DNA of 64,000 bases. Origin: Octopus sinensis. Its lineage: Eukaryota. The notes under the pieces were generated by a model. It did no database searches. It was not told where the DNA came from and saw nothing but the letters and a program-made list of their open reading frames with translations. The first letter of the stretch is position 1; each line of letters starts with the position of its first letter. Position numbers and translations under genes: made by a program. Below, piece by piece: positions 1 to 15,666 of the stretch. The stretch lies in contig NC_043004.1 of the NCBI RefSeq assembly GCF_006345805.1, forward strand, positions 81,344,001 through 81,408,000. Direction: 5' to 3'.

Positions 1-826
1 GCATAAAAATATTTTTTAATTGAATTAGACATTTGCAAATACTATTAAATTTCATTCAACTCTAAAAAACAGGTAAAATTGGACAGAACTGATTGGATGA
101 CTTGATATATATAATCTATGATATTCTAGTAAGTTTCAAGTTTATAACACCTTGATATCTCATGTTATCTCATTTTATATGCCTAAGACGTTTATTTTCT
201 ATTCTGGTTTTTATATATTTCTATACATTATATTTGTATCTATAATTTATTTTAAGCCGAAACATAATACGATCCTTGTACAAACGAAAGAACAAGAATG
301 TCCTCTGGAACGTTTATCTTCCACCGGCGTTTGTAATCGATGGTGACATGTGCGATGATTTTGCGACTATCTTATATTTTACAGAGAAATTGGAAGCCCC
401 GAATGTAAGTCAGCGCTTTATGCATAATTCAATATTCATAGTTCTCTATTTCTAACAGAAATTCTGTCCTCAATAACTATAGATCTATTTCTAAATGTAT
501 TTCTTTTTCTTTTCCTTCATGCACTCCCGTCTGTCTCTTGACAAAGCTTTCTTTCTCCAGCGTTCACCACGTCACCTCGTTAGGGTTAAACAGGCCTTAG
601 CGAAAATTTTGACTGTCCTGATTTTGTTAGCAGCTTTGACGTTCCACGTATCTCAAATTTTATCTAATTTGGTTTGGGGGAGCAATTGCTTTGACGAAGA
701 CACATCTTGTTGCAATGCGGAGCAAGTAAAATTGCCAACATCTGAGGAAGAGTTGTTTGTGTTTTTATTTTCTGCCTTCACGCTATAGTTCTCTATGTAA
801 TTAAGATTCTTCTTCCTCTCCTTCAA

Positions 827-1062
827 GAGCCGAGCCGAGCCGAGCCGAGCCGAGCCGAGCCGAGCCGAGCCGAGCCGAGCCGAGCCGGGCCGGGCCGGGC
901 CGGGCCGAGCCGAGCCGAGCCGAGCGTAAAATTTGAATGAAATTGGTTGTGTAGTTCTCAAGTTATAGGGATTCACACAGACAGACAGATACACATTCTT
1001 AGTTTCATATATATCGATATACTAGCATTATGACCCGGTCGTTGCCGGGTCATAGTGCTAGT
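827..1062 (-). mobile_element. (GCCGA/GCCGG)n tract, Helitron-like 5' end and CTAG-bounded hairpin
   Basis: Pentamer repeat at 827-925; 926-1020 is homologous to 10720-10820; 1021-1062 reads actagca-ttatgacccgg-tcgttg-ccgggtcatag-tgctagt. Confidence 0.55.
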
Positions 1063-1399
1063 CAATGTATATATGAGTATATATATGTGTTCATATTACA
1101 TGTACATATATATATATATATATACATTTACACATAAAATACAAAGTACAATGTTATATCTTGATATCGCTAGTGATAACAATACTCAAAATATATAACA
1201 GACTGGAATTGTAGGCCCGTCTCTTGCAATTTCGACCAATTGTATTTTGTCCTCCCTCTGGTGTAGAAGTGTGGCTACAATCCAGCCTACCTCTACTTCT
1301 GCGGGGATATCTTTCATAGTCGCACCAAGACACTTTTCAATGGAGCTTTCCTCCAGGTGTTCAAATCTTCTTTTTCTCTCTACATTGTATGCTTTATAG

Positions 1400-4300
1400 A
1401 CAATTGTATATATGCAAATTGTATATAGGTATGTAAATATATGCAAATTGTATATAGGTATGCAAATATATGCAAATTGTATATAGGTATGTAAATATAT
1501 GCAAATTGTATATAGGTATGTAAATATATGCAAATTGTATATAGGTATGTAAATATATGCAAATTGTATATAGGTATGTAAATATATGCAAATTGCATAT
1601 AGGTATGTAAATATATGTAAATTGCATATAGGTATGTAAATATATGCAAATTGCATATAGGTATGTAAATATAGGCAAATTGCATATAGGTATGTAAATA
1701 TATGCAAATTGCATATAGGTATGTAAATATATGCAAATTGCATATAGGTATGTAAATATATGCAAATTGCATATAGGTATGTAAATATATGCAAATTGCA
1801 TATAGGTATGTAAATATATACAAATTGCATATAGGTATGTAAATATATACAAATTGCATATAGGTATGTAAATTTATACAAATTGCATATAGGTATGTAA
1901 ATATATACAAATTGCTTATATGTATGTAAATATATACAAACTGCATATATGTATGTAAATATATACAAACTGCATATATGTATGTAAATATATACAAACC
2001 GCATATATGCATGTAAATATATACAAACCGTATATATGCATGTAAATATATACAAATCATATATTGCATGTAACTATATACAAATTATATATATGCATAC
2101 AATATATATATGTATATAAACGTATACAAATATATATATGTATATGAACGTACACAATTATATACATGTATATAACGTACAGAAATTATATATATATATA
2201 AATGTATACAAATTATATTTTATATAAATATATACAAAATATATATAATATATATATAATTTGTATATATTTATATACATATATATAAATATATACAAAT
2301 TATATATATGTATATAAATATATACAAATTATATATATGTATATAAATATATACAAATTATATATTTATATATGAATATACCAAATTATATATATGTGCA
2401 TGAATATATACAAATTATATATATGTATATGAATATATATACAACTTATATATGTATATGAATATATACAGATTATATATATGTATATGAATATATACAA
2501 ATTATATATATGTATATGAATATATAAAATTATTATAATGTATATGAATATATAAAAATTATATATATATGTATATGAATATATAAAATTATATATATGT
2601 ATATGAATATACAAATTATATATATGTATATGAATATATAAAAATTATATATATGTATATGAATATATACAAATTATATATGTATATGAAATATACAAAT
2701 TTATATATGTATATGAATATATACAAATTATATATATGTATATGAATATATACAAATTATATATATGTATATGAATATATACAAATTATATATATGTATA
2801 TGAATATATATACAAATTATATATATGTATATGAATATATACAAATTATATATATGTATATGAATATATACAAATTATATATATGTATATGAATATATAC
2901 AAATTATATATATGTATATGAATATATACAAATTATATATATGTATATGAATATATACAAATTATATATATGTATATGAATATATACAAATTATATATAT
3001 GTATATGAATATATACAAATTATATATATGTATATGAATATATACAAATTATATATATGTATATGAATATATACAAATTATATATATGTATATGAATATA
3101 TACAATTTATATATATGTATATGAATATATACAAATTATATATATGTATATGAATATATACAAATTATATATATGTATATGAATATATACAAATTATATA
3201 TATGTATATGAATATATACAAATTATATATATGTATATGAATATATACAAATTATATATATGTATATGAATATATACAAATTATATATATGTATATGAAT
3301 ATATACAAATTATATATATGTATATGAATATATATTTTTTTTATATATTTGTATATGAATATATACAAATTATATATATGTATATGAATATATATTTTTT
3401 TTATATATTTGTATATGAATATATATTTTTTTTATATATTTGTATATGAATATATACAAATTATATATATGTATATGAATATATACAAATTATATATATG
3501 TATATGAAGATATACAAATTATATATATGTATATGAAGATATACAAATTATATAGATGTATATGAAGATATACAAATTATATAGATGTATATGAAAATAT
3601 ACAAATTATATAGATGTATATGAAGATATACAAATTATATATATGTATATGAATATATACAAATTGTATACATGTATATGAAGATGTACAAATTATATAC
3701 ATGTATATGAATATATACAAATTATATACATGTATATGAATATATACAAATTATATACATGTATATGAATATATACAAATTATATACATGTATATGAATA
3801 TATACAAATTATATACATGTATATGAATATATACAAATTATGTACATGTATATGAATATATACAAATTATGTACATGTATATGAATATATACAAATTATG
3901 TACATGTATATGAATATATACAAATTACGTACATGTATATGAATATATACAAATTATGTACATGTATATGAATATATACAAATTATGTACATGTATATGA
4001 ATATATACAAATTATGTACATGTATATGAATATATACAAATTATGTACATGTATATGAATATATACAAATTATGTACATGTATATGAATATATACAAATT
4101 ATGTATATGTATATGAATATATACAAATTATGTATATGTATATGAATATATACAAATTATATATATGTATATGAATATATACAAATTATGTATATGTATA
4201 TGAATATATACAAATTATATATATGTATATGAATATATACAAATTATATATATGTATATGAATATATACAAATTATATATATGTATATGAATATATACAA

Positions 4301-7300
4301 ATTATATATATGTATATGAATATATACAAATTATATATACGAATTATGTATATGTATATGAATATATACGAATTATGTATATGTATATGAATATATACAA
4401 ATTATGTATATGTATATGAATATATACAAATTATGTATATGTATATGAATATATACAAATTATGTATATGTATATGAATATATACAATTATGTATATGTA
4501 TATGAATATATACCAATTATGTATATGTATATGAATATATACAAATTATGTATATGTATATGAATATATACAAATTATGTATATGTATATGAATATATAC
4601 AAATTATGTATATGTATATGAATATATACAAATTATGTATATGTATATGAATATATACAAATTATGTATATGTATATGAATATATACAAATTATGTATAT
4701 GTATATGAATATATACAAATTATGTATATGTATATGAATATATACAAATTATGTATATGTATATGAATATATACAAATTATGTATATGAATATATACAAA
4801 TTATGTATATGTATATGAATATATAAAAATTAAATATATGTATATAAATATGTACAAATTATATATATGTATATAAATATACATAAATTATATATATCTA
4901 CATAAATATATAGAAATTATATATATCTACATAAATATATAGAAATTATATATATCTACATAAATATATAGAAATTATATATATCTACATAAATATATAG
5001 AAATTATATATATCTACATAAATATATAGAAATTATATATATCTACATAAATATATAGAAATTATAAATATGTATGCAAATATATACAAATTTTATTTAT
5101 GTATACAAATTATATATATCTACATAAATATACAAACCGCATATATGCATGTAAATATATACAAACCGTATATATGCATGTAAATATATACAAATCATAT
5201 ATATGCATGTAACTATATACAAATTATATATATGCATACAAATTATATATATGTATATAAACGTATACAAATTATATATATGTATATGAACGTACACAAA
5301 TTATATACATGTATATAAACGTACAGAAATTATATATATATATATAAATGTATACAAATTATATATTTATATATAATATATACAAAATATATATAATTAT
5401 ATATATAATTTGTATATATTATATACATATATATAAATATATACAAATTATATATATGTATATAATATATACAAATTATATTATGTATAAAATATATACA
5501 AATTATATATTTATATATGAATATACCAATTATATATATGTGCATGAATATATACAAATTATATATATGTATATGAATATATATACAACTTATATATGTA
5601 TATGAATATATACAGATTATATATATGTATATGAATATATACAAATTATATATATGTATATGAATATATAAAAATTATATATATGTATATGAATATATAA
5701 AAATTATATATATATGTATATGAATATATAAAAATTATATATATGTATATGAATATATACAAATTATATATATGTATATGAATATATAAAAATTATATAT
5801 ATGTATATGAATATATACAAATTATATATATGTATATGAATATATACAAATTATATATATGTATATGAATATATACAAATTATATATATGTATATGAATA
5901 TACAAATTATATATATGTATATGAATATATACAAATTATATATATGTATATGAATATATACAAATTATATATATGTATATGAATATATACAAATTATATA
6001 TATGTATATGAATATATACAAATTATATATATGTTAATGAATATATACAAATTATATATATGTATATGAATATATACAATATATATATGTATATGAATAT
6101 ATACAATTATATATATGTATATGAATATATACAAATTATATATATGTAATATGAATATATACAAATTATATATATGTATATGATATATACAAATTATATA
6201 TATGTATGAATATATACAAATTATATATATGTATATGATGAATATATACAAATTATATATATGTTATGAATATATACAATTTATATATATGTATATGAAT
6301 ATATACAAATATATATATGTATATGAATATATACAAAATTATATATTGTATATGAATATATACAAATTATTATATGTATATGAATATATACAAATTATAT
6401 ATATGTATATGAATATATACAAATTATATATATGTATATGAAATATATCAAACATTATTATAATATGTATACATATTATAAAAATGTATAATATGTATAA
6501 TAAATATATTTATTATATATATTTGTATATATAATTATAATACAATTTATATATGTATATGAATATATATTTTTTTTTATATATTTGTATATGAATATAT
6601 ATTTTTTTTATATATTTTATATGATATATACAAATTATATATATGTATATGAATATATACAAATTATATATATGTATATGAAGATATACAAATTATATAT
6701 ATGTATATGAAGATATACAAATTATATAGATGTATATGAAGATATACAAATTATATAGATGTATATGAAAATATACAAATTATATAGATGTATATGAAGA
6801 TATACAAATTATATATATGTATATGAATATATACAAATTGTATACATGTATATGAAGATGTACAAATTATATACATGTATATGAATATATACAAATTATA
6901 TACATGTATATGAATATATACAAATTATATACATGTATATGAATATACAAATTTATACATGTATATGAATATATACAATTATATACATATAATAATATAT
7001 ACAAATTATGTACATGTATATGATATATACAAATTATATACATGTATATGAATATATACAAATTATGTACATGTATATGAATATATACAATTACGTACAT
7101 GTATGATATGAATATGAAAATATATACAAAATATGTACATGTAATGATCATTATATAAACAACATATACAAAATATATAAATGAAATAATACAAATTATG
7201 TACATGTATATGATATATACAAATTATGTACATGTATATGAATATATACAAATTATGTACATGTATATGAATATATACAAATTATGTACATGTATATGAA

Positions 7301-9030
7301 TTATACAAATTATGTATATGTATATGAATATATACAAATTATGTATATGTATATGAATATATACAAATTATGTATATGTATAATGAATATATACAAATTA
7401 TGTATATGGTATATGAATATATACAAATTATGTATATGTATATGAATATATACGAATTATGTATATGTATATGAATATATACGAATTATGTATATTATAT
7501 GAATATCACAATTAGTATATGTATATGAATATATACAATTATGTATATGTATATGAATATATACAAATTATGTATATGTATGTGAATATATACAAATTAT
7601 GTATATGTATGTGAATATATACAAATTATGTATATGTATGTGAATAGATACAAATTATGTATATGTATGTGAATAGATACAAATTATGTATATGTATGTG
7701 AATAGATACAAATTATGTATATGTATGTGAATAGATACAAATTATGTATATGTATGTGAATAGATACAAATTATGTATATGTATATGAATATATACAAAT
7801 TATGTATATGTATATGAATATATACAATTATGTATATGTATAATATATACAAATTATGTATATGAATATATACAAATTATGTATATGTATATGAATATAT
7901 AAAATAAATATATGTATATAAATATGTACAAATTATATATATGTATATAATATACATAAATTATATATATCTACATAAATATATAGAAATTATATATATC
8001 TACATAAATATATAGAAATTATATATATCTACATAATATATAGAATTTATATATCTACATAAATATATATAATTATATATATCTACATAAATATATAGAA
8101 ATTATATATATCTACATATATATATAGAAATTATAAATATGTATGCAATATATACAAATTTTATTTATGTATACAAATTATATATATCTACATAAATATA
8201 TACAAATTATATATATGTATGCAAATATATACAAATTATATATATGTATATAAATGTATACAAATTATATATATGTATACAAATATATACAAATTATATA
8301 TATGTATGCAAATATATACAAATTATATATATGTATGCAAATATATACAAATTATATATATGTATACAAATTATATATATGTATATAAACGTATACAAAT
8401 TGTATATATGTATATAAACTTATACAAATTATATATATGTATATAAATATATACAAATTATATATATGTATATAAATGTATACAAATTATATATATGTAT
8501 ATAAACGTATACAAATTATATATATGTATATAAACGTATACAAATTATATATATGTATATAAACGTATACAAATTATATATATGTATGCAAATTATATAT
8601 ATGTATATAAATATATACAAATTATATATATGTATATAAATATATACAAATTATATATATGTATATAAATGTATACAAATTATATATATGTATATAAACG
8701 TATACAAATTATATATATGTATATAAATTATATATATGTATATAATATATACAAATTATATATATGTATATAATATATACAAATTATATATATGTATGTA
8801 AATATATACAAATTATATATATGTATATAAACGTATACAAATATATATATGTATATATATATAAATATAAAATGTATACAAATTATATATATTTATATAT
8901 ATATAAATGCATACAAATTATATATATTTATATATATATACATATATATATATATACATATTATATATATATATATATAAATGTATACAAATTATATTAT
9001 ATATATATATATATAAATGTATACAATGTA
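1400..9030. repeat. AT-rich 29-bp minisatellite array (gtatatgaatatatacaaattatatatat)n with variant blocks
   Basis: The 29-nt period is directly visible (e.g. 3001, 3030). The array produces the spurious I/Y-rich ORFs. Confidence 0.97.
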
Positions 9031-10103
9031 TACACTGTCCAACCCTTGCTATCACGGAAAACGGACTTTAAACGATGATGATGATGATGATTCTCCATAT
9101 TTGTTTCTCTCTCCTTTCTTTCTCACTTTCCCACTCTCTTAGTTTTCTTATCTCTCGGACTCTTCCTCGCTTTCTCTTACTCTCTGTCTCTATCTATCTC
9201 TCTCCCATTTATAAACAACAGAAGATCTTGAGTAAGTTGAGAAATAAAATATTTAGAAAGATCAATCAGAAATATGAGGCAGTGATAATGGAAAAGTCTG
9301 CCTCAAGGCAGACAGCAAAATGCTAACATTTAAAAGGGACAGACGGACTTGCGAGCTGAAGAAAAATAATAAAATATTGGAAACCAAAGTTTGAAGGGAT
9401 AGAATCTGAGGATAGTAGAGTCACCATGGCTGACATTTCTTAACGACGGACAGCAACGTAGTGACAGTTTAACGACTGGCGTAAAATTTTCAACTTGATG
9501 TAAAAGAAAATTCGTAAACACCAAGTTTTGAAGTGATTCTTCTCACGACAGTAGGGACTCACCATGGACTCTTTATCATGGACTCTTTATCATGGACGGC
9601 AACACATTGACGATTAAAAGGCTGGCGCAATTTTATAAGATGAGGATTTTGTCCTAGAGGTGACGCCTTTCATTTGAGGGAAAAAATATGTGTGTCATGC
9701 AAACTTGCCAGCACTTTTACATGGTATGCATATTTTCAGCTGAATCGACCGCCTACGTAATGCACACATTAGATATATTATATATATATATTATATTTGG
9801 TGTGTGTGTGTGCACGCATTATATACACAAAAACATTAAAAAAATATATAATATAGAAAATATAGAAAATATAAAATTGAAAAATTTAAATTATTTAAAT
9901 TGAAAATAAAATTATTAAATTATATTTTAATTTTTAAAAATATATATAACTATGAAAAAGTATGAAAAAGTTTAATATACATAAATAAAGATATATACAC
10001 TTTGTATATGTACATTTATAGACATATTTTATATATAGAACACACACACATACATTATTATATATCATATTATATAAGAACACACACATACATTATATAT
10101 ACA

Positions 10104-10820
10104 TTCTATAATATATAAAACTGTAGTTGTGTGAGTGTCTGCCTCTACGATTTAGATTCCTAACTACTCCCACATTTTGTGCGGTGCAGTTTAACCAAAT
10201 TCGGGTATCTTATAGTCGTGATTCATATCGAGCCCGTCTGTGTATTAGCGGGCGCGCTACGATGAGTCTACGATTTTAAAAATAATTTAACATCATTTTT
10301 TTCCATTTTAACGCATATTTTTTCGTGTGTCGATGGCGGCGGAGTTGGCGTCCATGCTCACGCCTGCACCTGTGTTGCTTCTCCCCCTTCTTCCCTCCCT
10401 CGTGAAGCTGTGCGACCAGAGCGAGCTCTGTCGCATAGCGCTCACTGTGGTAATCGTAGCCGTGGACAGTGAGCCCAATGGCGCCCAGAGCGAGCTCTGG
10501 TCGCCATAGCGCTCACTGTGGTCTCTAGCCGTGGACAGTGAGCCAATGGCGCCACCCCAGAGCGAGCTCTGGTCGCCATAGCGCTCACTGTGGTCTCGTA
10601 GCCGTGGACAGTGAGCCCAATGCGCCCAGAGCGAGCTCTGGTCGCCATAGCGCTCACTGTGGTCTGTAATGCCGTGGACAGTAAGCCCAATGGCGCCCAG
10701 AGCCCAGCTCACACACTCCTTATACCCTAAGTAAGTCATGTGTAAAATTTGAATGAAATTGGTTGTGTAGTTCTCAAGTTTTAGGGAAACACACAGACAG
10801 ACAGACACACATTCTCAGAT
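10104..10820. mobile_element. Helitron-like 5' ends in opposite orientations enclosing a GC-rich minisatellite
   Basis: 10104-10325 matches 46966-47160; 10720-10820 matches 926-1020 (aaatttgaatgaaattggttgtgtagttctcaag...cacagacagacaga). Confidence 0.6.
10413..10710. repeat. GC-rich minisatellite, about 70-bp unit, about 4.3 copies
   Basis: ccagagcgagctctggtcgccatagcgctcactgtggtct..agccgtggacagtgagcccaatggcgc repeated. Confidence 0.9.
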
Positions 10821-11193
10821 ACATAAAAGAATGAGAGTGGGTGATGTTTGTTTTTGGACCAATGTATTATGGTAGTATTGTTTTATTGTTTTAAAACGAA
10901 AGAGGCAATGTGTTCGTTTCAAAAATAAAAAAGACAAACGTCCGCCAATGGGAAGACAGTTCATATTCGATTAGAGCACTCTGGGTATAATCATAAAAGT
11001 GAAAAATGGAATGTTTAGGCAATCAAACAGTGAAACCAAAAACAAAACGTTAAAAAAATATAATATAGAAAATATAAAATTGAAAATTTAAATTAATTGA
11101 AAATAAAAATTATTAAATTATATTTATAATTTGTTTAAAAATATATATAACTATGAAAAAGTATGAGAAAGTTTAATATACATAACTACAGAT

Positions 11194-11293
11194 ANNNNNN
11201 NNNNNNNNNNNNNNNNNNNNNNNNNNNNNNNNNNNNNNNNNNNNNNNNNNNNNNNNNNNNNNNNNNNNNNNNNNNNNNNNNNNNNNNNNNNNN
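11194..11293. other. Assembly gap (100 N)
   Basis: Run of n. The left flank 11050-11190 duplicates 9835-9985. Confidence 0.99.
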
Positions 11294-12662
11294 NGTGTGT
11301 GTGTGTGTGGTGTGTTGTGTGTGTGTGTGTTTGTGTGTGTGTGTATTTCGCAGGTGTAAGCATAGAAATATAAATTTTAAAAAAGCAGGGGGAAAAATTG
11401 AAGTAATCTATATATGATCACTTAATTAAAGTTGTAACAAAATGCAGAATTGGAAGTTGTATTTTTATCTGCTGGAATTTATTACACACACACACACACG
11501 CACACACACACTCATACATACACATATACATTCAGACAACACACACACACACACGTACGTACATATACACACAGACATACGCAAGTACACACACACACAC
11601 ATACACGCACTTGTACACGAATATATATATACTCACGCACACTCAGACAAACATATACACACGTACGCACGCACACATACACACACACACTCATATATGC
11701 ACACATGCACGCAGACACACATATACGCCCATAGAGTCAAGCTCACGTATACACATACACACATACACTGACACACATAGACATATACACATACATACAT
11801 ACATACATTGATTTTTTTTTAGATTAAGAATTAAATGAAAACAACAAATTTGGAAACGGTAAAATACGTTTGGAGCTATTGGCCTGTAGTTTTTCTTCAA
11901 AACATCCCCTCCGTTTTAAATCCTATAAATTTTATTATATTATTTCCTATTTTCGTAATTAAATCTTTTAAAGATTAAGATTGAAGAGAAGGCATTTTTT
12001 AAAGAATAATTTTGTGTTTTGTTATTATTTCAAATACGTAGCCATTATGCTTTAGAGCAAAAAAAAAAGAAGAAAAAGGGAGAGAGAACAGCAATATCGA
12101 CAACAAGAACATCGACAATAATTATTATTTCTAGTGTAAAACATTTATTTTTTTCCCCTTTATTCATTACAAATATTTAAAACACAGAATTGAGATAAAT
12201 TGAAAAGAATATTGTTATTATTTACCCCCACCACTACCACCACAATCACCACCGCTGTCCTATCCCACTCCAGCGCGTATTTCTTTCAAAACAAAAAGAT
12301 ATTACATTTCAGGATCGGAATATATTGAATCCCCAAAAGCACCAGAATCCAAATTCATCACAGAAATTGCATTCTTGAAAAAAGAAAAAAAAATTATAAT
12401 AATAATAATAATAATAATAATTATCTGAAACAAAGTTAATGTAAACGTAGCAAGCATCATGTGACTTCATTAAGCAGACGTTCAAATAATGAAAACAAGC
12501 GACGATTGATGTCCACAAAGGAATGTGCGTAAACATGTATTAGGTCTTCGCTATATTAATCGTTTTATTGTGTGTGTATGTGTGTATCTATTCAAACACA
12601 CACATACACACACACACACACACACATATTATATGTTTGCATAAATGTGTGGGTTTGGTATG

Positions 12663-13100
12663 TGTCAGGTCGCTCTTGTGTTACTGGTAACATGTAACCC
12701 AGTCGAACATGTCGAGCGGTCGGGCCGTCGGCGACTAAATGGCCAACCCTAATCAAGCCTGCTTAGTAAGAAGGATGTTTTCGTTGGACACCTTTCAGGA
12801 TTAAAAAAAAAACCTGTCAAAGGTTGTTTAAACTCAGTAGAATCGACAGCTGTCCAACTGCTGAGAATAAAAGACACTTAGTCTTTACTTAGACATATCT
12901 CTAGGAGAAGGAAATTCCTCTAGAAGGAAACAATGTCTCTCATTTCAACATCTGAATTCTTTGGTTTTGTAGTTGAAAATCTTAGCGGTGTTGTGCAAAA
13001 TGTTATTGACTTTAAATTTCAGAAGAGCCAATGTCTTTAACAATCAAGGAAAGCATAATTTGTCAGAGATGGTCATACTTGTCTACAAGTTTCCAGCCAC
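12663..13100 (+). mobile_element. Diverged relative of the 14185-14738 element
   Basis: Shares the 5' 170 bp and the 3' end cagccacca(tgta)n. Confidence 0.55.
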
Positions 13101-13199
13101 CATGTATGTATGTATGTATGTATGTATGTATGTATGTATGTAGTATGTATGTATGTATGTATGTATGCATGCATGCATGTATGTATGTATGTATGTATG

Positions 13200-14070
13200 T
13201 AATTGTCCAGTTTTTTTCAAGATTTTTTGCCAATAGAGAAAGAACCGGTTTCTAACCTAGGTCCAAGGCTCCTTCACTGGAATTTCAACATCAACAACAG
13301 GATATTTTTGTATGTATGTATGTATGTATGTATGTATGCATGTATGTATGTGTGCAGATTTGTATGTTTTGCTTTATGTGTGTATTCTCATGCATATAGC
13401 TGCATATCTAGACATGCTCATATATATTTAAATGATAAACTTCTGGAAAGTTTTACAGATTCTTACAGTTCCAGTGATAGACTGGATCTGTAGTCTTTGA
13501 ATTAGCTTTCTCCTTTCTGGTTTTGAGAAGCCTAATTTCTCACGATTTGTATTTAGGCAGTGTGTTACATATCCCAGGGCTCCAGTATTTACAGGTATAA
13601 ACCCGAACTTGTAATCTGGATAGAGTAACTGCAGATTTCTCAATAGTTCAGTATAGGTGTTAACATCCGCTGGGCAGCTAATTTCCACAGATGTGCACAG
13701 TTCCTCTTCTCTGTACCAAATCATTATATCAGGTCTGTTGTGCTTACATTTTATTGAGGTCTTCGCTGGAACATTCCACCAGTACTCCTTTTTATTATGA
13801 GTGGCTATGGCTTCTACCATACTGTGGGTTCTTATTTCTTTGTTCTCGGGATTACCTTTCCGGCGGATTTCATTATAGAATGCCCTAGCTACAGCATCAT
13901 GTCTCATCGGTAGATAATACCCTGATGACATTTTTGGACAACTACTTATGATGTGGGTAATATCTTCGGTTTGAACTCCACAAAGTCTGCATCGGTTGTC
14001 ACATTTTACAGCTTTTCCCGCATTTCTGTCCCTTTTGAGCATCAGATACTTGGTTGATATTTCCTGTTCT
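13200..14070 (-). mobile_element. 5'-truncated R4/Dong-type non-LTR retrotransposon (zinc knuckle plus restriction-like endonuclease)
   Basis: ORF 13428-14042: CRLCG...HIISSC (CCHC), RHDAVA, RPDIMI..EISCP (PD-(D/E)xK type). The 3' UTR has an internal (CATA)n, and the element is flanked by (TATG)n. Confidence 0.85.
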
Positions 14071-14139
14071 TAGATTGCAAATGCATGTATGTATGTATGT
14101 ATGTATGTATGTATGTATGTATGTATGTATATATGCATG

Positions 14140-14173
<34 letters not shown>

Positions 14174-14184
14174 TGTATGTTTCA

Positions 14185-14738
14185 GTCAGGTCACTTTCGA
14201 GTGCTACTGGTAACATGTAACCCAGTACAACCTGTTGTATGGTCGGGTCGTCGGCGACTAAACGGGCAACCCCACCAAGCTTACTTGGTGAGGAGGGTGT
14301 TTATTGGACACCCTGCGGGATGAAAAACAAAACCCGTCAAAGGGCGGAGGAACTCTTGTGAGTCAACGGCCATCCAATAAATGTCTTAAGGCTGTATCAT
14401 GCGCGGGGACATAGAAATAATCGGACTGAATACCCGATCGCGCGGTTTAACCATTGGGAGTGAAGGACTCCTAGCCTTTGTTAGGGCATCCTTCAAAGAG
14501 AAGGTAACTCAGGTAACTGGGATAACTCCGACATAAAACCTGCGGCTCAGTGGTTACCGATGATGTTGACTTGTTCTTCTTTTCGGATTATCGCTGCTGT
14601 TGCTTAGTGAGTGGGATTGACTCAGTGCACAGCCTTTCCTCACTTTAAAAAAAATCATCTTGCACAGGCATTGCACGATAACAACATTGATTAAGCTTCG
14701 CGCAATGGACATACTCGATAACGAGGGGGCAGCCACCA
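14185..14738 (+). mobile_element. Non-coding interspersed element in (TATG)n, probably RTE-derived and non-autonomous; second copy at 12663-13100
   Basis: Both copies start gtcaggtc..ctggtaacatgtaacccagt..gtcggcgactaaa and end agccaccatgtatgtatg. Confidence 0.55.
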
Positions 14739-14964
14739 TGTATGTATGTATGCATGTATGTATGTATGTATGTATGTATGTATGTATATATTATGTATGG
14801 ACGGATGAGTGAATAGATGGATATACTGAGTAAGAGGTTGACTTAACCTCTTTACGTAATGGAGACTTCTTGACCTCGATTGGTCAGTTCGGATCACTTT
14901 GGAAAAGAGATAACTCATCGACAAATACTGCATGGAAGCCCTCCACGCGTTAGAGCGGGTAGGA

Positions 14965-15008
<44 letters not shown>

Positions 15009-15053
15009 GCATCATCATCATCATCATAATCATCATCTTCATCATCATCATCG

Positions 15054-15095
<42 letters not shown>

Positions 15096-15107
15096 CCACC
15101 ACCATCA

Positions 15108-15156
<49 letters not shown>

Positions 15157-15173
15157 CATCATCATCATCATCA

Positions 15174-15216
<43 letters not shown>

Positions 15217-15230
15217 CACCACCACCATCA

Positions 15231-15282
<52 letters not shown>

Positions 15283-15296
15283 CACCACCACCATCA

Positions 15297-15356
<60 letters not shown>

Positions 15357-15370
15357 CACCACCACCATCA

Positions 15371-15439
<69 letters not shown>

Positions 15440-15524
15440 CCACCACCATCATCATTATTATTATATTATTATTATTATTATTATATTATTATTATTATTA
15501 TTATTATTATCACCACTACCATCA

Positions 15525-15576
<52 letters not shown>

Positions 15577-15599
15577 CATCATCATCATCATTATTATTA

Positions 15600-15666
<67 letters not shown>

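Noticed and set aside
385-460. Plus-strand micro-exon-like signals (ttttacag...gtaagt; ctaacag)
   Set aside because: A 20-nt segment with no supporting frame or neighbouring exons visible.
1186-9078. Long I/Y/H-rich ORFs (up to 289 aa)
   Set aside because: Translations of the 29-bp minisatellite. The short unique tail at 1190-1400 may be a decayed LINE end but cannot be assigned.
10308-10808. 166-aa repetitive ORF and CRISPR-like appearance
   Set aside because: Pure tandem minisatellite without unique spacers, in eukaryotic DNA with no cas genes.
9835-11190. Direct repeat 9835-9985 / 11050-11190 as a possible LTR or TSD
   Set aside because: The second copy abuts the N gap and is AT-rich and noisy; most likely a contig-end assembly overlap.
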